Shown here piece after piece: positions 1 to 9,173 of a stretch of 35,067 bases of DNA. Made by a program: the position numbers and the translations under genes. The first letter of the stretch is position 1, and every line of letters begins with the position of its first letter. Source of the stretch: Candidatus Woesearchaeota archaeon (lineage in GTDB: Archaea > Nanobdellota > Nanobdellia > SCGC-AAA011-G17 > PNOQ01); NCBI GenBank assembly GCA_018652625.1, contig JABIBT010000008.1, positions 1 through 35,067 of the forward strand, written 5' to 3'. The notes beneath the pieces were generated by a model. It was not told where the DNA came from and made no database searches. It saw only the letters and a program-made list of their open reading frames with translations.

Positions 1-2
1 AT

Positions 3-122
3 AGAATGGATTTAGCTCTTACTTTTACTTATCAAAAGGGATCCAGTGGCATCCTGCATAGAAAGAATGGTACATTAGTTACTCAAATTGTGGAGGCTCC
101 TTCTGGGGGCCCTAGCCTATAA
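3..122 (+). CDS. 3' end of a gene entering from the left (partial, function unknown)
   Basis: Open frame from position 3 (RMDLALTFTYQKGSSGILHRKNGTLVTQIVEAPSGGPSL) to TAA at 120-122; not in the ORF track. Confidence 0.55.
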   Translation, partial: RMDLALTFTYQKGSSGILHRKNGTLVTQIVEAPSGGPSL

Positions 123-158
123 AGAAAATCTTTTATAGTTTGTTTTTAATTGAGTTTT

Positions 159-455
159 ATGGATAATAAGGAAATTGCTAGAGAAAGGATAAAGAAATTA
201 TTTTCTGAAGCAGATGAGGTTTTTTCTAAAGATAAAAAATTGGCTAATAGGTATATTAATTTGGCTAGAAAAATAGCTATGAAGTTTAATTTAAGAATGC
301 CTCGTGGATATAAAAGAAAATTCTGTAAACATTGTTATTCTTATTTGAAACCTGGAAAAAATTTAAGAGTTAGAACAAAAGGAAAGAATGTTGTTTATTA
401 CTGCTTGGAATGTAAAAAGTTTATGAAATTTCCTCTTTCAAAGAAGGGAAAGTAG
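159..455 (+). CDS. rnp4: Ribonuclease P protein component 4 (Rpp21)
   Basis: IARERIKKLF...A.RY..LARKIAMK...KRKFCKHC...CLEC zinc-ribbon pattern of Rpp21; ATG at 159 preferred to TTG at 150. Confidence 0.92.
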   Translation: MDNKEIARERIKKLFSEADEVFSKDKKLANRYINLARKIAMKFNLRMPRGYKRKFCKHCYSYLKPGKNLRVRTKGKNVVYYCLECKKFMKFPLSKKGK

Positions 456-834
456 TCCACCATTTATTTTTTATCCAGTCTTTTTCTAATTTTAATAGAA
501 AACCAAAACCCCTATTCTTTAATTCCCTATCTACTATTCCTCCTTGATGAGGGTGTATAAATTGTTTTGGTAATGGAGAATGAAACCCGTGCATATAGTG
601 TATTAATTCATGAGCTATTGTAGTGTCTATTATAAATTCTGGAACCTGCTCATTTCTAAATAAATTGTTTATAACTATTTCTGTAGATCCATCTTTTTGC
701 TTTTTTATATGGCCAAACTTTGTTTTCCAATTTCCTTTAAATTTTATGTTTACACTGTTTAATCTTTTTACTTCTGGCATTAGAACATTCCAAATTTTTT
801 CTAATCTAAGTTGTAGCCATAAATCTGATCTCAT
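421..834 (-). CDS. SprT-like zinc metalloprotease domain protein
   Basis: HELIH (HExxH) motif preceded by FG...I.IN and followed by a PHQGG His motif; overlaps the 3' end of rnp4 by 35 nt. Confidence 0.7.
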   Translation of the reverse strand: MRSDLWLQLRLEKIWNVLMPEVKRLNSVNIKFKGNWKTKFGHIKKQKDGSTEIVINNLFRNEQVPEFIIDTTIAHELIHYMHGFHSPLPKQFIHPHQGGIVDRELKNRGFGFLLKLEKDWIKNKWWTTFPSLKEEIS

Positions 835-887
835 AAAATTATTTTAGTTCTTTGTGTTTTAAAAGATTATTAAAAAGAAAAGTATAT

Positions 888-1085
888 TTAGAACTTTTTA
901 AATTGAGACACTTTTTCTAATAAGTCTATGTGTCCAAGGAATAATGCTCTACAACAATACCTTTCTAACCCCAATTCATCAAAAACTTTTTTAGGATCTT
1001 TTCCCTGTTCTATTTGTTTGTTGTATTCTTCCCATAATTGCCCTATAGGTTTTCCACAACTGAAACATCTTATTGGTATTATCAT
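888..1085 (-). CDS. rpoN: DNA-directed RNA polymerase subunit N (Rpo10)
   Basis: MIIPIRCFSCGK...LGLERYCCR signature; canonical position after rps9. Confidence 0.97.
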   Translation of the reverse strand: MIIPIRCFSCGKPIGQLWEEYNKQIEQGKDPKKVFDELGLERYCCRALFLGHIDLLEKVSQFKKF

Positions 1086-1086
1086 T

Positions 1087-1479
1087 TTATCTGTAGGATT
1101 TTTGTCTTTTTGCTCTAGCTTTAGAATCGTTAGGTTTACACATTTCTTTTCTTCTTGTGTCGGCGACTAATAAATGTCTGTCGTAGTCTAAAAACTTTTT
1201 TTTCAGAGTTTTATTTGTTTCTACTAAACATCTTGCTATTGCCAATCTTGAAGCTTCTGCTTGAGATGACCATCCTCCTCCATGAACGTTTATATTAATA
1301 TTAAATTTTTTAACTTGATCTCCAGCCAATATTAATGGTTCCATTATCTTCATTCTTGCAATTTCCGGAGTATGATTTTCTAATAATATTGAATTTACTC
1401 TAATTATGCCCTTTCCTTCTTTTAATGTAGCTTTAGCTATTGAAGTTTTTCTTTTTCCGTTTTTATGAATAGCTTTCAT
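1087..1479 (-). CDS. rps9: 30S ribosomal protein S9 (uS9)
   Basis: GKRKTSIA, V.GGG...QAEA.RLAIAR, YDR.LLV.D.RR.E, ARAKRQKSYR. Confidence 0.97.
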   Translation of the reverse strand: MKAIHKNGKRKTSIAKATLKEGKGIIRVNSILLENHTPEIARMKIMEPLILAGDQVKKFNININVHGGGWSSQAEASRLAIARCLVETNKTLKKKFLDYDRHLLVADTRRKEMCKPNDSKARAKRQKSYR

Positions 1480-1880
1480 CTTTTCAATTGCTCACATAAG
1501 TCTCCGATTTTAGTATATTTAAAAGTTTTACTTTTTGTTATATTTGCTAAATCTATTTTTTCTTTTGAAAATTTTTCAGGAATTCCTATGTAACACATTA
1601 TGTTCTTAAACGCTTTCTTGCCCTTTTCCTGCTTGTATGGAAGCATACCTCTGATTGCCCTTCTAACAAATCTATCTGGCATTTTTGGTAAGTATGGCCC
1701 CTTTAATGGAGTTCCACGTTTGTCTTGTTCTTTATACTTTTTATAAATAGTAACTTTATCTCCAGTTATTACTGCTTTTTCACAGTTAACTAAATCTATG
1801 GTTTCTCCTTGTAGTACCCTCTTTGCAACAACTGTACAAAATCTTCCTAAAATCGAATCCGTTACATCTACAACTACCAT
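1476..1880 (-). CDS. rpl13: 50S ribosomal protein L13 (uL13)
   Basis: ILGR...VAK..L.G, N.EKAVITG, P..PDRFVRRAIRGMLPYK. Confidence 0.97.
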   Translation of the reverse strand: MVVVDVTDSILGRFCTVVAKRVLQGETIDLVNCEKAVITGDKVTIYKKYKEQDKRGTPLKGPYLPKMPDRFVRRAIRGMLPYKQEKGKKAFKNIMCYIGIPEKFSKEKIDLANITKSKTFKYTKIGDLCEQLKR

Positions 1881-1881
1881 T

Positions 1882-2223
1882 TTAACCTATAATTCTGATA
1901 TTTTTCCCCTTTGGGTCTTTTTTTAATAAATCCTGAATTGAAATTAAATTATTTTTTAACTTTTCTTTTGCTTTTTCTGTTTGCGAAAAAGATGCTACCA
2001 ATATCTTATGATTTAAGTTTCCAGTTCCTAAAATTTTTCCAGGAACCATTACTACTTCATTCTCTTTTGTATGCTTATCTAATTTATCCAAATTAACTTC
2101 TCTAGTTTTCCTTGTTGATTTTTCTAATTCTTTTGCTATTCTTTTCCAAAAATTAGACTTTTCAGTATTAGAATGTTCTTTTAATTTTTCTATGAGGTTT
2201 TGTTTGTGGATATTTGTTTTCAT
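1882..2223 (-). CDS. rpl18e: 50S ribosomal protein L18e (eL18)
   Basis: FWKRIA.EL.K.TR..REVNL.KL, VPGKILGTG, P.G.NIRIIG. Confidence 0.96.
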   Translation of the reverse strand: MKTNIHKQNLIEKLKEHSNTEKSNFWKRIAKELEKSTRKTREVNLDKLDKHTKENEVVMVPGKILGTGNLNHKILVASFSQTEKAKEKLKNNLISIQDLLKKDPKGKNIRIIG

Positions 2224-3029
2224 TTTTTAAGTATTTTTTTGATTGTTTTCTTTTTTGAGCTTCCTAGTTTCTTAGAAAATTCATCAAGCTTGTAATCAAG
2301 TTCATTTATAGCATTTGTTAACATTTCTTTTGGTTCTAATTGACCAAATGGTTCTATTGTGAATATAAATTCTCCTTTTGAATATTCTATTTTTATTAAT
2401 TCTTGAGATATGGAATCAATTGCTTCATATAAATTATTATCTAGAATTGAGTTTTCATCTAGTTTATTTCCTTTTAGTGATTTTTCTGGAAGAATATTTT
2501 TGTATTTTTCTATCAATTTTGAATCATTATTTAATTTGATTTTTGGTTTATGTTTGTAAACAACTAATCCTGGAGAAAATTTCATATGATCTTTTCCTTT
2601 TCCTAATTCAATTGTTGCTACTAACTTTATTTCTTGTTCACCTGTTAATTTTACTATTGGAATATTATCAAATACAGATTTTACTTCTGGATCTTTAGAT
2701 TTTAATTCTGATGTGTATATTGTTTTTGGTCCCTTTACTTCTAAAGACAAAGTAGTCTGACATTTCGCGCACCCCTTTCCTTTACAAGTGCACCTCTCCT
2801 TTAAATTATATGATTTTGAATCTGTTTTTATTGGAACTAACCCTAACCTATGTGAAAGTATTTCATCATACAAGGCAGAATCATTTTTGGATATCTCAAC
2901 TTCAGTTATTGCCATCACCGGAGTTTCTGCTATAATAGATCTTCTTAGTGTGTTTGCTTCTATTTCGTTTATACCAGAAATTTCAAAAATGAATTTTCTA
3001 TCGTCCTGCTTTATTTTTTTTATTTCCAT
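2220..3029 (-). CDS. rpoD: DNA-directed RNA polymerase subunit D (Rpo3)
   Basis: ANTLRRSII.E.P.MAI, NDSALYDEILSHRLGLVP, CTC.GKGC.KC, G.GKDH.KF.P. Confidence 0.96.
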   Translation of the reverse strand: MEIKKIKQDDRKFIFEISGINEIEANTLRRSIIAETPVMAITEVEISKNDSALYDEILSHRLGLVPIKTDSKSYNLKERCTCKGKGCAKCQTTLSLEVKGPKTIYTSELKSKDPEVKSVFDNIPIVKLTGEQEIKLVATIELGKGKDHMKFSPGLVVYKHKPKIKLNNDSKLIEKYKNILPEKSLKGNKLDENSILDNNLYEAIDSISQELIKIEYSKGEFIFTIEPFGQLEPKEMLTNAINELDYKLDEFSKKLGSSKKKTIKKILKK

Positions 3030-3031
3030 GT

Positions 3032-3436
3032 TTATACTCTTCTACCCCTTCTACCGCCCTTTTTTCTGCATCCATCATGTGGCACCGGAGTTATTTCCTC
3101 TATGTTTCCAATTTTGAGACCTGCTCTGGTTAATGTACGTATTGCTGCTTGTGCTCCTGGTCCTGGAGACATTGGCCCATTGTGTCCACCCGGGGCACGA
3201 ACCTTTATATGAACAGCATTTATTCCCTTTTCTATTGCGTTTTCTGCTGCCATTCTTGCTGCAGACATTGCTATAGTTGGGCTAGATTCTAATCTATGTA
3301 CTTTTGTTAACATTCCACCAGAACTTTTTGTTATAGTCTCTGATCCAGTTATATCCGTAATATGAATTATTGTATTATTATAAGATGAGTAAATATGTGC
3401 TACTCCCCACTTTAATTTTTTACCTTTATGCATCAT
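3032..3436 (-). CDS. rps11: 30S ribosomal protein S11 (uS11)
   Basis: [51 protein letters not shown]. Confidence 0.97.
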   Translation of the reverse strand: MMHKGKKLKWGVAHIYSSYNNTIIHITDITGSETITKSSGGMLTKVHRLESSPTIAMSAARMAAENAIEKGINAVHIKVRAPGGHNGPMSPGPGAQAAIRTLTRAGLKIGNIEEITPVPHDGCRKKGGRRGRRV

Positions 3437-4160
3437 TTTTTGTTTCCTTTGGGAGATCTTTTGTTAGTTCTTTTTTTGATTGTTCTACAACTTCATCTGC
3501 TACCTTTTCAGCTGCTTTTTCTGGCATTTTCTTTTCTAACTCTTCTTTTATTTCTTCCTTAACTTCTTCCTTTACTTTTTCTTTAACTTCTTCTTTCTTC
3601 TTTGGCTTTAAGATTTTTTCTTTTTTCTCTTTTTCCAATTTCTCTTTAACTGTCCTTTCTGGATGGTCTGCTTTTGAAATTGAAGAAAGTGGACTAAATT
3701 TGATTTTTGATTCTTCATTTTTTGAAACTAAGAAAGAAGGAGCAGTGACTTTTTTGCCATCTACCGAGATATGGCCGTGTGTAATAAATTGTCTAGCTTG
3801 ATTTGTTGATCTAGCAAATCCATTTCTGAAAACGATAGTTTGTAATCTCCTTTCTAAGAAGTCTTTTACTTTTAAATCTAGGATATCTTCAATTTTTGAA
3901 TCTTTTGAGATTATATTATATCTGAGTAATTTATTCATTAATTGTTCTCTTTCTTTTGCACTTTGTTCTGAACGTACATTAGCAACAATTTTTTTTACTT
4001 GATTTCTTGCAGATCTTAATTTTGAGGCATATTTCCAAATTTCTTTTTTGTTTTTTAGACCATACTCTCTAAGAATCTCTTTTTCTTCTATTATTCTTTC
4101 TCTCTGCCAGGGATGAAATGGCGTTTGATATTTCTTTCTTATTCTTTTAGTCTGGCCCAT
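3426..4160 (-). CDS. rps4: 30S ribosomal protein S4 (uS4) with a long charged C-terminal extension
   Basis: [26 protein letters not shown]...[15 protein letters not shown]; about 75 extra E/K-rich residues after HPER. Confidence 0.96.
   Translation of the reverse strand: MGQTKRIRKKYQTPFHPWQRERIIEEKEILREYGLKNKKEIWKYASKLRSARNQVKKIVANVRSEQSAKEREQLMNKLLRYNIISKDSKIEDILDLKVKDFLERRLQTIVFRNGFARSTNQARQFITHGHISVDGKKVTAPSFLVSKNEESKIKFSPLSSISKADHPERTVKEKLEKEKKEKILKPKKKEEVKEKVKEEVKEEIKEELEKKMPEKAAEKVADEVVEQSKKELTKDLPKETKNDA
3444..3581 (-). repeat. Copy 1 of a 46-codon peptide module shared with the FtsY N-terminus
   Basis: [46 protein letters not shown] aligns without gaps to 17894-18031, 32/46 identical. 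Confidence 0.85.
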
Positions 4161-4161
4161 T

Positions 4162-4611
4162 TTATTTCTTCTTTCTCTTTACTCCAAGAGACTTCCCTTT
4201 TCTAAAATTAGATTTTGTTCTTTGCCCTCTTACAGGTAATCCAGATCCGTGTCTAAATCCTCTATACGACTTTATTTTTCTTAATCTTTTTATATCAAAA
4301 TCTTTTCTTAATTTTAAATCGGATACAGTTAAATGTAAATCTTCTCCAGAATCATAATCTTTTTGTCTGTTTAATAACCAAGAAGGAATGTTGTGTTTTT
4401 TTGGTTCTTTTATTATTTCTTCTATTTTTTTTATTTCTTGTTCTTTTAGAGAACCAGTTTTTTTATTTTTATCTAATTTATTAACATAACATATGGCATT
4501 TGCCATGGAAAAATTTACTCCCTTTATTCTTGTTAGGGTATGAGATATAGGTTTATCTCCCGCTAAATCTGTAGAAGCTATTCTTACAATGTATTTTAAT
4601 TTCTCTTCCAT
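4162..4611 (-). CDS. rps13: 30S ribosomal protein S13 (uS13)
   Basis: [43 protein letters not shown]. Confidence 0.97.
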   Translation of the reverse strand: MEEKLKYIVRIASTDLAGDKPISHTLTRIKGVNFSMANAICYVNKLDKNKKTGSLKEQEIKKIEEIIKEPKKHNIPSWLLNRQKDYDSGEDLHLTVSDLKLRKDFDIKRLRKIKSYRGFRHGSGLPVRGQRTKSNFRKGKSLGVKRKKK

Positions 4612-4652
4612 TCTCTGTTTTTGATGTTAGTACGCCCTTTTTAAAGCTTTTG

Positions 4653-5216
4653 TTAGATTTGTACAAATAATTTACGTTTATCCTCGTCGTTTAGTTCTGC
4701 AAAAATTCTCCTTACTACTACTTGCATCGGGTCAGGGATTAACTTTACCCTTTCTTTTATATCTTCGAAGCTTTTGAACTCTTTTTCTTCTCTTTTTTCT
4801 AGTATTTCTGTTGTGTGTTTCTTTCCTATTCCCGGTAGTAATTCTAATTGATGCATTCTTGTATTTATTGGACCAGCTTGATTGAAGAAATCTATAAATC
4901 TTTGCTCGTTTTTTGAGATTAATTCTTTTACTACAAAGTCTAATTCCATCCTAGCAGTCTGGGTTAATTTTGAAATTGTGATTTTTCCAATTATATGGTG
5001 TATTTTTTCCCTTTCTTCTCCACCAATATAGGCTTCTTCGTAAGGTTGTAAAAATTTTCCTTTTTTTGGAACTAATTCTAGAAGTGTAAAATGATCACGA
5101 CCTACAGCTTGAGCTATGGGAGACTTTTGATGTAATGGTCTCCTGTCTGATGGATATCCGTTCGGGAGGAAATCCAAAATAATTGCATGGTCTTCCTTTG
5201 TTGCTGGCCTTATCAT
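4653..5216 (-). CDS. DUF655 family putative nucleic-acid-binding protein
   Basis: ILDFLP.G, AQAVG...FTLLEL, FFN.AGPI.TRMHQLELLPGIGKK helix-hairpin-helix; canonical position after rpoF. Confidence 0.9.
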   Translation of the reverse strand: MIRPATKEDHAIILDFLPNGYPSDRRPLHQKSPIAQAVGRDHFTLLELVPKKGKFLQPYEEAYIGGEEREKIHHIIGKITISKLTQTARMELDFVVKELISKNEQRFIDFFNQAGPINTRMHQLELLPGIGKKHTTEILEKREEKEFKSFEDIKERVKLIPDPMQVVVRRIFAELNDEDKRKLFVQI

Positions 5217-5224
5217 TTTTTTTA

Positions 5225-5554
5225 TTAAGCATGTTTTTTCACTATTTTCATTATTTTGTCTAAATCCTCTTGCTTTAGTGTAAGGTTTTCACCTGAGAGG
5301 ATGGTTCTTAAGCTGTCAATGTCTGTTGGTAATATATTGATTATCAGTGTTATGTGTTTTTCTTTTAATCTTGTTATTCCTGCAGATTCTAATTCTTTCT
5401 TTAATTCCTTATATGTTTTTGTTTTTGTAACGTTATTTAGATATTCCTCTACTTTTTTTGCTCTGAAATTTAATTCTTTATCTCGCTTTTTCATTGCATC
5501 TATATTTCCTTTCATTTCAGGAATATTTATTGGGATTTGTTTAATTATTTCCAT
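5225..5554 (-). CDS. rpoF: DNA-directed RNA polymerase subunit F (Rpo4)
   Basis: ELNFRA....EYL, I.NILP.D.D.LR.IL, I..IV; canonical rpl21e-rpoF-DUF655 order. Confidence 0.88.
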   Translation of the reverse strand: MEIIKQIPINIPEMKGNIDAMKKRDKELNFRAKKVEEYLNNVTKTKTYKELKKELESAGITRLKEKHITLIINILPTDIDSLRTILSGENLTLKQEDLDKIMKIVKKHA

Positions 5555-5556
5555 TT

Positions 5557-5844
5557 TTACCTTCTCTTTAAGTGGGATGGGTGAGTTAAAATTGATTTTA
5601 TTTTGTTCCCATCCTTTATTTCTACATAATAATTTGAACCTTGTTTATTTTTGATTATTCCTGCTTTTCCATGAAATCTTGGATTGTATAATCCTTTTTG
5701 AATTGCTGGTTCTGCTACTAAATATACTAAGTCTCCAGTTTCGAAGTTCTGGAAGAACCTTCTAAGGCTAATCTTTCCTTTTGTTCTGACACTTTTTTTT
5801 AATTTGTGCCTTGTTTTCCTTCTTAAACCGCCTATTCGTTTCAT
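5557..5844 (-). CDS. rpl21e: 50S ribosomal protein L21e (eL21)
   Basis: G.RRKTRHKL.K..R.KG, F..GD.V, P...KG...PRFHGK.G, HP.HLK. Confidence 0.96.
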   Translation of the reverse strand: MKRIGGLRRKTRHKLKKSVRTKGKISLRRFFQNFETGDLVYLVAEPAIQKGLYNPRFHGKAGIIKNKQGSNYYVEIKDGNKIKSILTHPSHLKRR

Positions 5845-5895
5845 TTTTGTATACCTTGAAATAATGGGAATTATGTTGCTTTATAAATGTTTTTG

Positions 5896-6165
5896 TTAGT
5901 CTAGAAATTCAGATAATGACCGGTCTAAAGCGAAAAATAAGTTAGGATTTTCTGATTCTGATTTTTTTGTTTCAGAAGTTTCTAATTCTACTTTTATTTT
6001 GTATTTTGAATCCTTTACTAAGGTTACTGTTATTTTTTTGAAATCTTTTTCTTTTTCTGAGATTTTTTTTGTGTAGTTTCCAACTACCTTTTTAATTACT
6101 ATTAATAGCCCTCTATCCACGTCTTCAAAGTTCTCTAAATTTATGTTTCCACCTAATTCTATCAT
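5896..6165 (-). CDS. Small hypothetical protein, possible HPF/RaiA-like fold
   Basis: Pattern suggests beta-alpha-beta-beta-beta-alpha, ending in NLFFALDRSL, which resembles the HPF motif DLY.AID.A; inference only. Confidence 0.5.
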   Translation of the reverse strand: MIELGGNINLENFEDVDRGLLIVIKKVVGNYTKKISEKEKDFKKITVTLVKDSKYKIKVELETSETKKSESENPNLFFALDRSLSEFLD

Positions 6166-6214
6166 ACTACTATCTTTAGGGTATGTTTGATTTAAGCTTT
6201 TCTATTGATTAGAA

Positions 6215-6556
6215 TTAATCATATTGTTCCAAGTCTAAATTCATGTCTCTTTGTATGATTATTGGCGAATCTTGAACTATTCTATATATTTTTGAATCAT
6301 CTGAGGATTCTTCAATTGCCACCTGTCCAGGTAGTTCTTCAATTACTCCTAGTTCTTGTAGAATTTCTAAATCCTCTTGCCTATACTGGTCATTATTAAT
6401 CAAATTTTTTTCCGCAAATGTGTTAAAAGCATTTTCGACATCCCTTAAACTAAACTTAGCTGCATTTAGGTCGCTCATTATACGGTCTAATAATCCAAAT
6501 GCTTTAGTTGTTTCTTTTTCTTGAATTATTTCTATACTGTCAAAAGTTTTTACCAT
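6215..6556 (-). CDS. Hypothetical protein (possible winged-helix)
   Basis: 113-aa ORF with an upstream TATA-like element (TTTATAAA near 6583-6590); DLEILQELGVIEE...KIYRI is loosely wHTH-like. Confidence 0.55.
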   Translation of the reverse strand: MVKTFDSIEIIQEKETTKAFGLLDRIMSDLNAAKFSLRDVENAFNTFAEKNLINNDQYRQEDLEILQELGVIEELPGQVAIEESSDDSKIYRIVQDSPIIIQRDMNLDLEQYD

Positions 6557-6620
6557 TTTTCTAATTTTATCGGTTATTGTTTATTTATAAATCTTTCTAT
6601 TTGTTATTACTATATAATAG

Positions 6621-8300
6621 TTATATTTTCTTTATTACATATGGCCCTTCTTTTTTGTAACCTAATTTATAGTAATATTCTCTTACTCCAACTCCAGAAA
6701 TAACTACTATTTTATCCTTACCTTCTTTTTTTGCAATTTCTTCTGCTGTCTTCATCAATTTTTTCCCGTATCCCTTGTGTTGGACAGTTCCACTTTTTTT
6801 TAATCCTATGGAGGTTCCGTAAACATGTAATTCTCTTATTAATGCAGATTTTTTTGTTATTTCTTTTCTTAACGATTCTGAAGGAAAACGCATCCGTATA
6901 AATCCAACCAATAAATCATTCTTTGTGTCTTCTGCAGAGATAAAAAATTCTGTTCCTTTTGAGGCTTTATACTTTTGAGTTTTTATTTTAACTTTTTTCC
7001 AATCTATCTCTTTACCCATAGGCTCTCTACAACGTATGCAATTACATTTTACATCATATTTTTGGAATAAATATTGTCTGAAGTTTGTCATTTCTACTCC
7101 AGCTACCCATTGTTTTGTTGGAATGTCTCTTTGAATCCTCATAATTCTACAATATTTTGGAACATGTTTTTTGAATTTGACTAATAATTCTGCTGCATCT
7201 TTTATTGATAGTGGTTTAAATTTTCCTTCTTTGTATTCTTTGTATAATATTGTTCCTTTGCTAACCATTGTTGGATATATCTTTAACATGTCTGGTTTGA
7301 AATCTGGATTTTTGAATAGACTTATCATTCCTTCTAAATCTCTTTTTTTTGAGGTTAATGGTAATCCTGGCATGTAATGTATGGCTACTTTGAATCCCAA
7401 ATCTTTTAATATTCTTATGGAATCTTTTGTGTCTTTTACTGTGTGGCCCCTATTTACTTTTTTTATAACATCTTCATATACAGATTGTACTCCCAACTCT
7501 ATTCTAGTTGTTCCAAGTTTCAACATATGATTTCCATGATCTAGTAAGCCCCAATCTGGCTTTGTTTCAATACATAATGCAACACATCTTACTTTTGCTG
7601 TTTCATTTATCTTTTGTTCTTTTGTTAATGTTGTTTTTCCTTTTAACTTTAGAAGTTTTTTTTGTATTCTTAGTGTTCTTTCTTTATCTGAAAAGTTTTC
7701 TGTTGGAAGTTCATACACGTCTTTGAATTTTGTGTAATTTAATTCTCCATTTTTGTTAAAAAATAATCCTGAAAAATCGTTCAATGCTTTGAATGTAAAT
7801 TTTATGAACTCTTCTTGGTATTTTTTTGGAAATGAAGGAAATGTTCCCCCCATAATAATTAGTTCAATTTTTTCAAAATTATGGCCTAGGAGAACATATT
7901 GTTCTAATCTGTTAAATATTTGTAGATAAGGATCAAAATTATTTCTTATAGCTCTCATGGTTGCCGGTTCTCCGCCAGTGTAAGACTGTGGAACATTCCC
8001 GAATGTTGAATTTGGGCCACCTGGGCAATAAATACATTTTCCGTGTGGGCACGAAATGGGTTTTGTCATTATTGCTAATGGTGCCACCCCAGAAATTGTT
8101 CTTACTGGTTTTGTTAAAAGTCTTGGTTTTAGTAACTTTATTTTATTTTGTGGAGCATGGATTAAAATATCTATAAAACTTGGAAGTCTTTTTGGTTTAT
8201 GTTTTTTTGCTAGTGCGTCCCTTAGTTTTATTATATCTTTTTTATCTTTTAGATCTTTATCTAAGATTTCTTTTATTAGTAATTTACAAAATTTTTTCAT
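6621..8300 (-). CDS. elp3: Elp3 tRNA uridine(34) carboxymethyltransferase (radical SAM + GNAT)
   Basis: KPVRTISGVAP, CPHGKCIYCPGG, QSYTG.EPA..RA, R.ELGVQS, RELHVYG, QHKGYG, VISGVGVREYY.KLGY. Confidence 0.96.
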   Translation of the reverse strand: MKKFCKLLIKEILDKDLKDKKDIIKLRDALAKKHKPKRLPSFIDILIHAPQNKIKLLKPRLLTKPVRTISGVAPLAIMTKPISCPHGKCIYCPGGPNSTFGNVPQSYTGGEPATMRAIRNNFDPYLQIFNRLEQYVLLGHNFEKIELIIMGGTFPSFPKKYQEEFIKFTFKALNDFSGLFFNKNGELNYTKFKDVYELPTENFSDKERTLRIQKKLLKLKGKTTLTKEQKINETAKVRCVALCIETKPDWGLLDHGNHMLKLGTTRIELGVQSVYEDVIKKVNRGHTVKDTKDSIRILKDLGFKVAIHYMPGLPLTSKKRDLEGMISLFKNPDFKPDMLKIYPTMVSKGTILYKEYKEGKFKPLSIKDAAELLVKFKKHVPKYCRIMRIQRDIPTKQWVAGVEMTNFRQYLFQKYDVKCNCIRCREPMGKEIDWKKVKIKTQKYKASKGTEFFISAEDTKNDLLVGFIRMRFPSESLRKEITKKSALIRELHVYGTSIGLKKSGTVQHKGYGKKLMKTAEEIAKKEGKDKIVVISGVGVREYYYKLGYKKEGPYVIKKI

Positions 8301-8324
8301 AGGTTTTGTAAAAAAGAAGTGCTT

Positions 8325-8846
8325 TTATTTGTTTCGGAATATTTTAGGTATTTCTTTTTTTCTTTCTTTTCGCCATTCTTCTATTTCTTTAGGCTTTTGC
8401 CAACTTTCATATTTCGATTTTGCTTGCGTGGTTAAATCAGTAATTATTGATTCTGCATTTATTTCATCTATATTTGATGTTATTTCTAATACTCTTTCAT
8501 CCCAAGCTAATCTTTCTTTACCTTTCTTTTCTAAAAGAAAAGGACTTATTAATTCCCCGTTTGATAAATCTACATAAATAGTATAAACTCCTCCCTTTAT
8601 TGAAGAATCTATTGACCAATATCCAGATGAAAATGCTCTATTATAACTATCTGAATATCCTCCCCTTCCCTGTGCTTCAAGTGCTAGATTTGGGACCTTT
8701 AGCCATAATCCTGATTGAGATAAAGAGTATTCGCGAATTGATATTACTAATTGTCTTTCTAGTGAAGAATATTCATCAAGAAGTTTTTCTAGTGCAACCC
8801 TCTTTGAATGTATGTCTGGAGTGAGCATATTTTTGAGAAATGTCAA
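8325..8846 (-). CDS. Hypothetical protein
   Basis: 173-aa ORF with protein-like composition and an upstream TATA-like element (minus CTTATATA near 8852-8859); no family recognised. Confidence 0.6.
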   Translation of the reverse strand: MTFLKNMLTPDIHSKRVALEKLLDEYSSLERQLVISIREYSLSQSGLWLKVPNLALEAQGRGGYSDSYNRAFSSGYWSIDSSIKGGVYTIYVDLSNGELISPFLLEKKGKERLAWDERVLEITSNIDEINAESIITDLTTQAKSKYESWQKPKEIEEWRKERKKEIPKIFRNK

Positions 8847-8903
8847 TTATTTATATAAGTTTTGTAATAGTAATCTTTAAAAATGACCTTTTTTTAAGAA
8901 TTC

Positions 8904-9170
8904 TGTAGGATAGCTGGGTGGTTAGCCCTCACTTGTACCGCAAACGGGCTATATGGCGGAGTGAAGCCTAATTGAGGCTGAGAAGTTAATTATCGGTCTC
9001 AGTTTGGACGTTGATCCTTTGTCTTACAGGGTTAATGTCTTAGAGAACTAAGTCAGGCCAGGAATGGAGCAGCTTTAATCTTTGATATTGGCGCTTGTGA
9101 GTAGCAAAGGGGAGGAAGAACTGGGGTTAAGCTGGTAGTTGATTTCTTTGTCGATTTTAGGTGTCCTGCA
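8904..9170 (+). ncRNA. ffs: Archaeal signal recognition particle RNA (7S RNA)
   Basis: Helix 8 signature GTCAGGCCA-GGAA-TGGAGCAGC (9052-9073); Alu-domain TGTA motif near 8934; terminal helix TGTAGGATA/TGTCCTGCA; long helix 5 pairings; upstream TTTAAA box and downstream T5 run. Confidence 0.93.
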
Positions 9171-9173
9171 TTT

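Noticed and set aside
3370-3801. 143-aa plus-strand ORF similar to the minus-strand ORF at 17785-18102 (SSATFS...[10 protein letters not shown])
   Set aside because: Both are antisense shadows of the shared uS4/FtsY module. E/K codons give stop-free F/S-rich reverse frames, so these are not genes.
8056-8577. 173-aa plus-strand ORF and other short antisense or alternative-frame ORFs in the track (e.g. 623-847, 2788-3117, 5256-5654, 16933-17241, 25460-25855)
   Set aside because: They overlap well-supported genes and have F/S/L/I-rich shadow composition with no motifs.
8904-9170. Possible RNase P RNA, since rnp4 is in the window
   Set aside because: It lacks the GAGGAAAGTCC-type conserved regions and has the SRP helix 8 signature instead.
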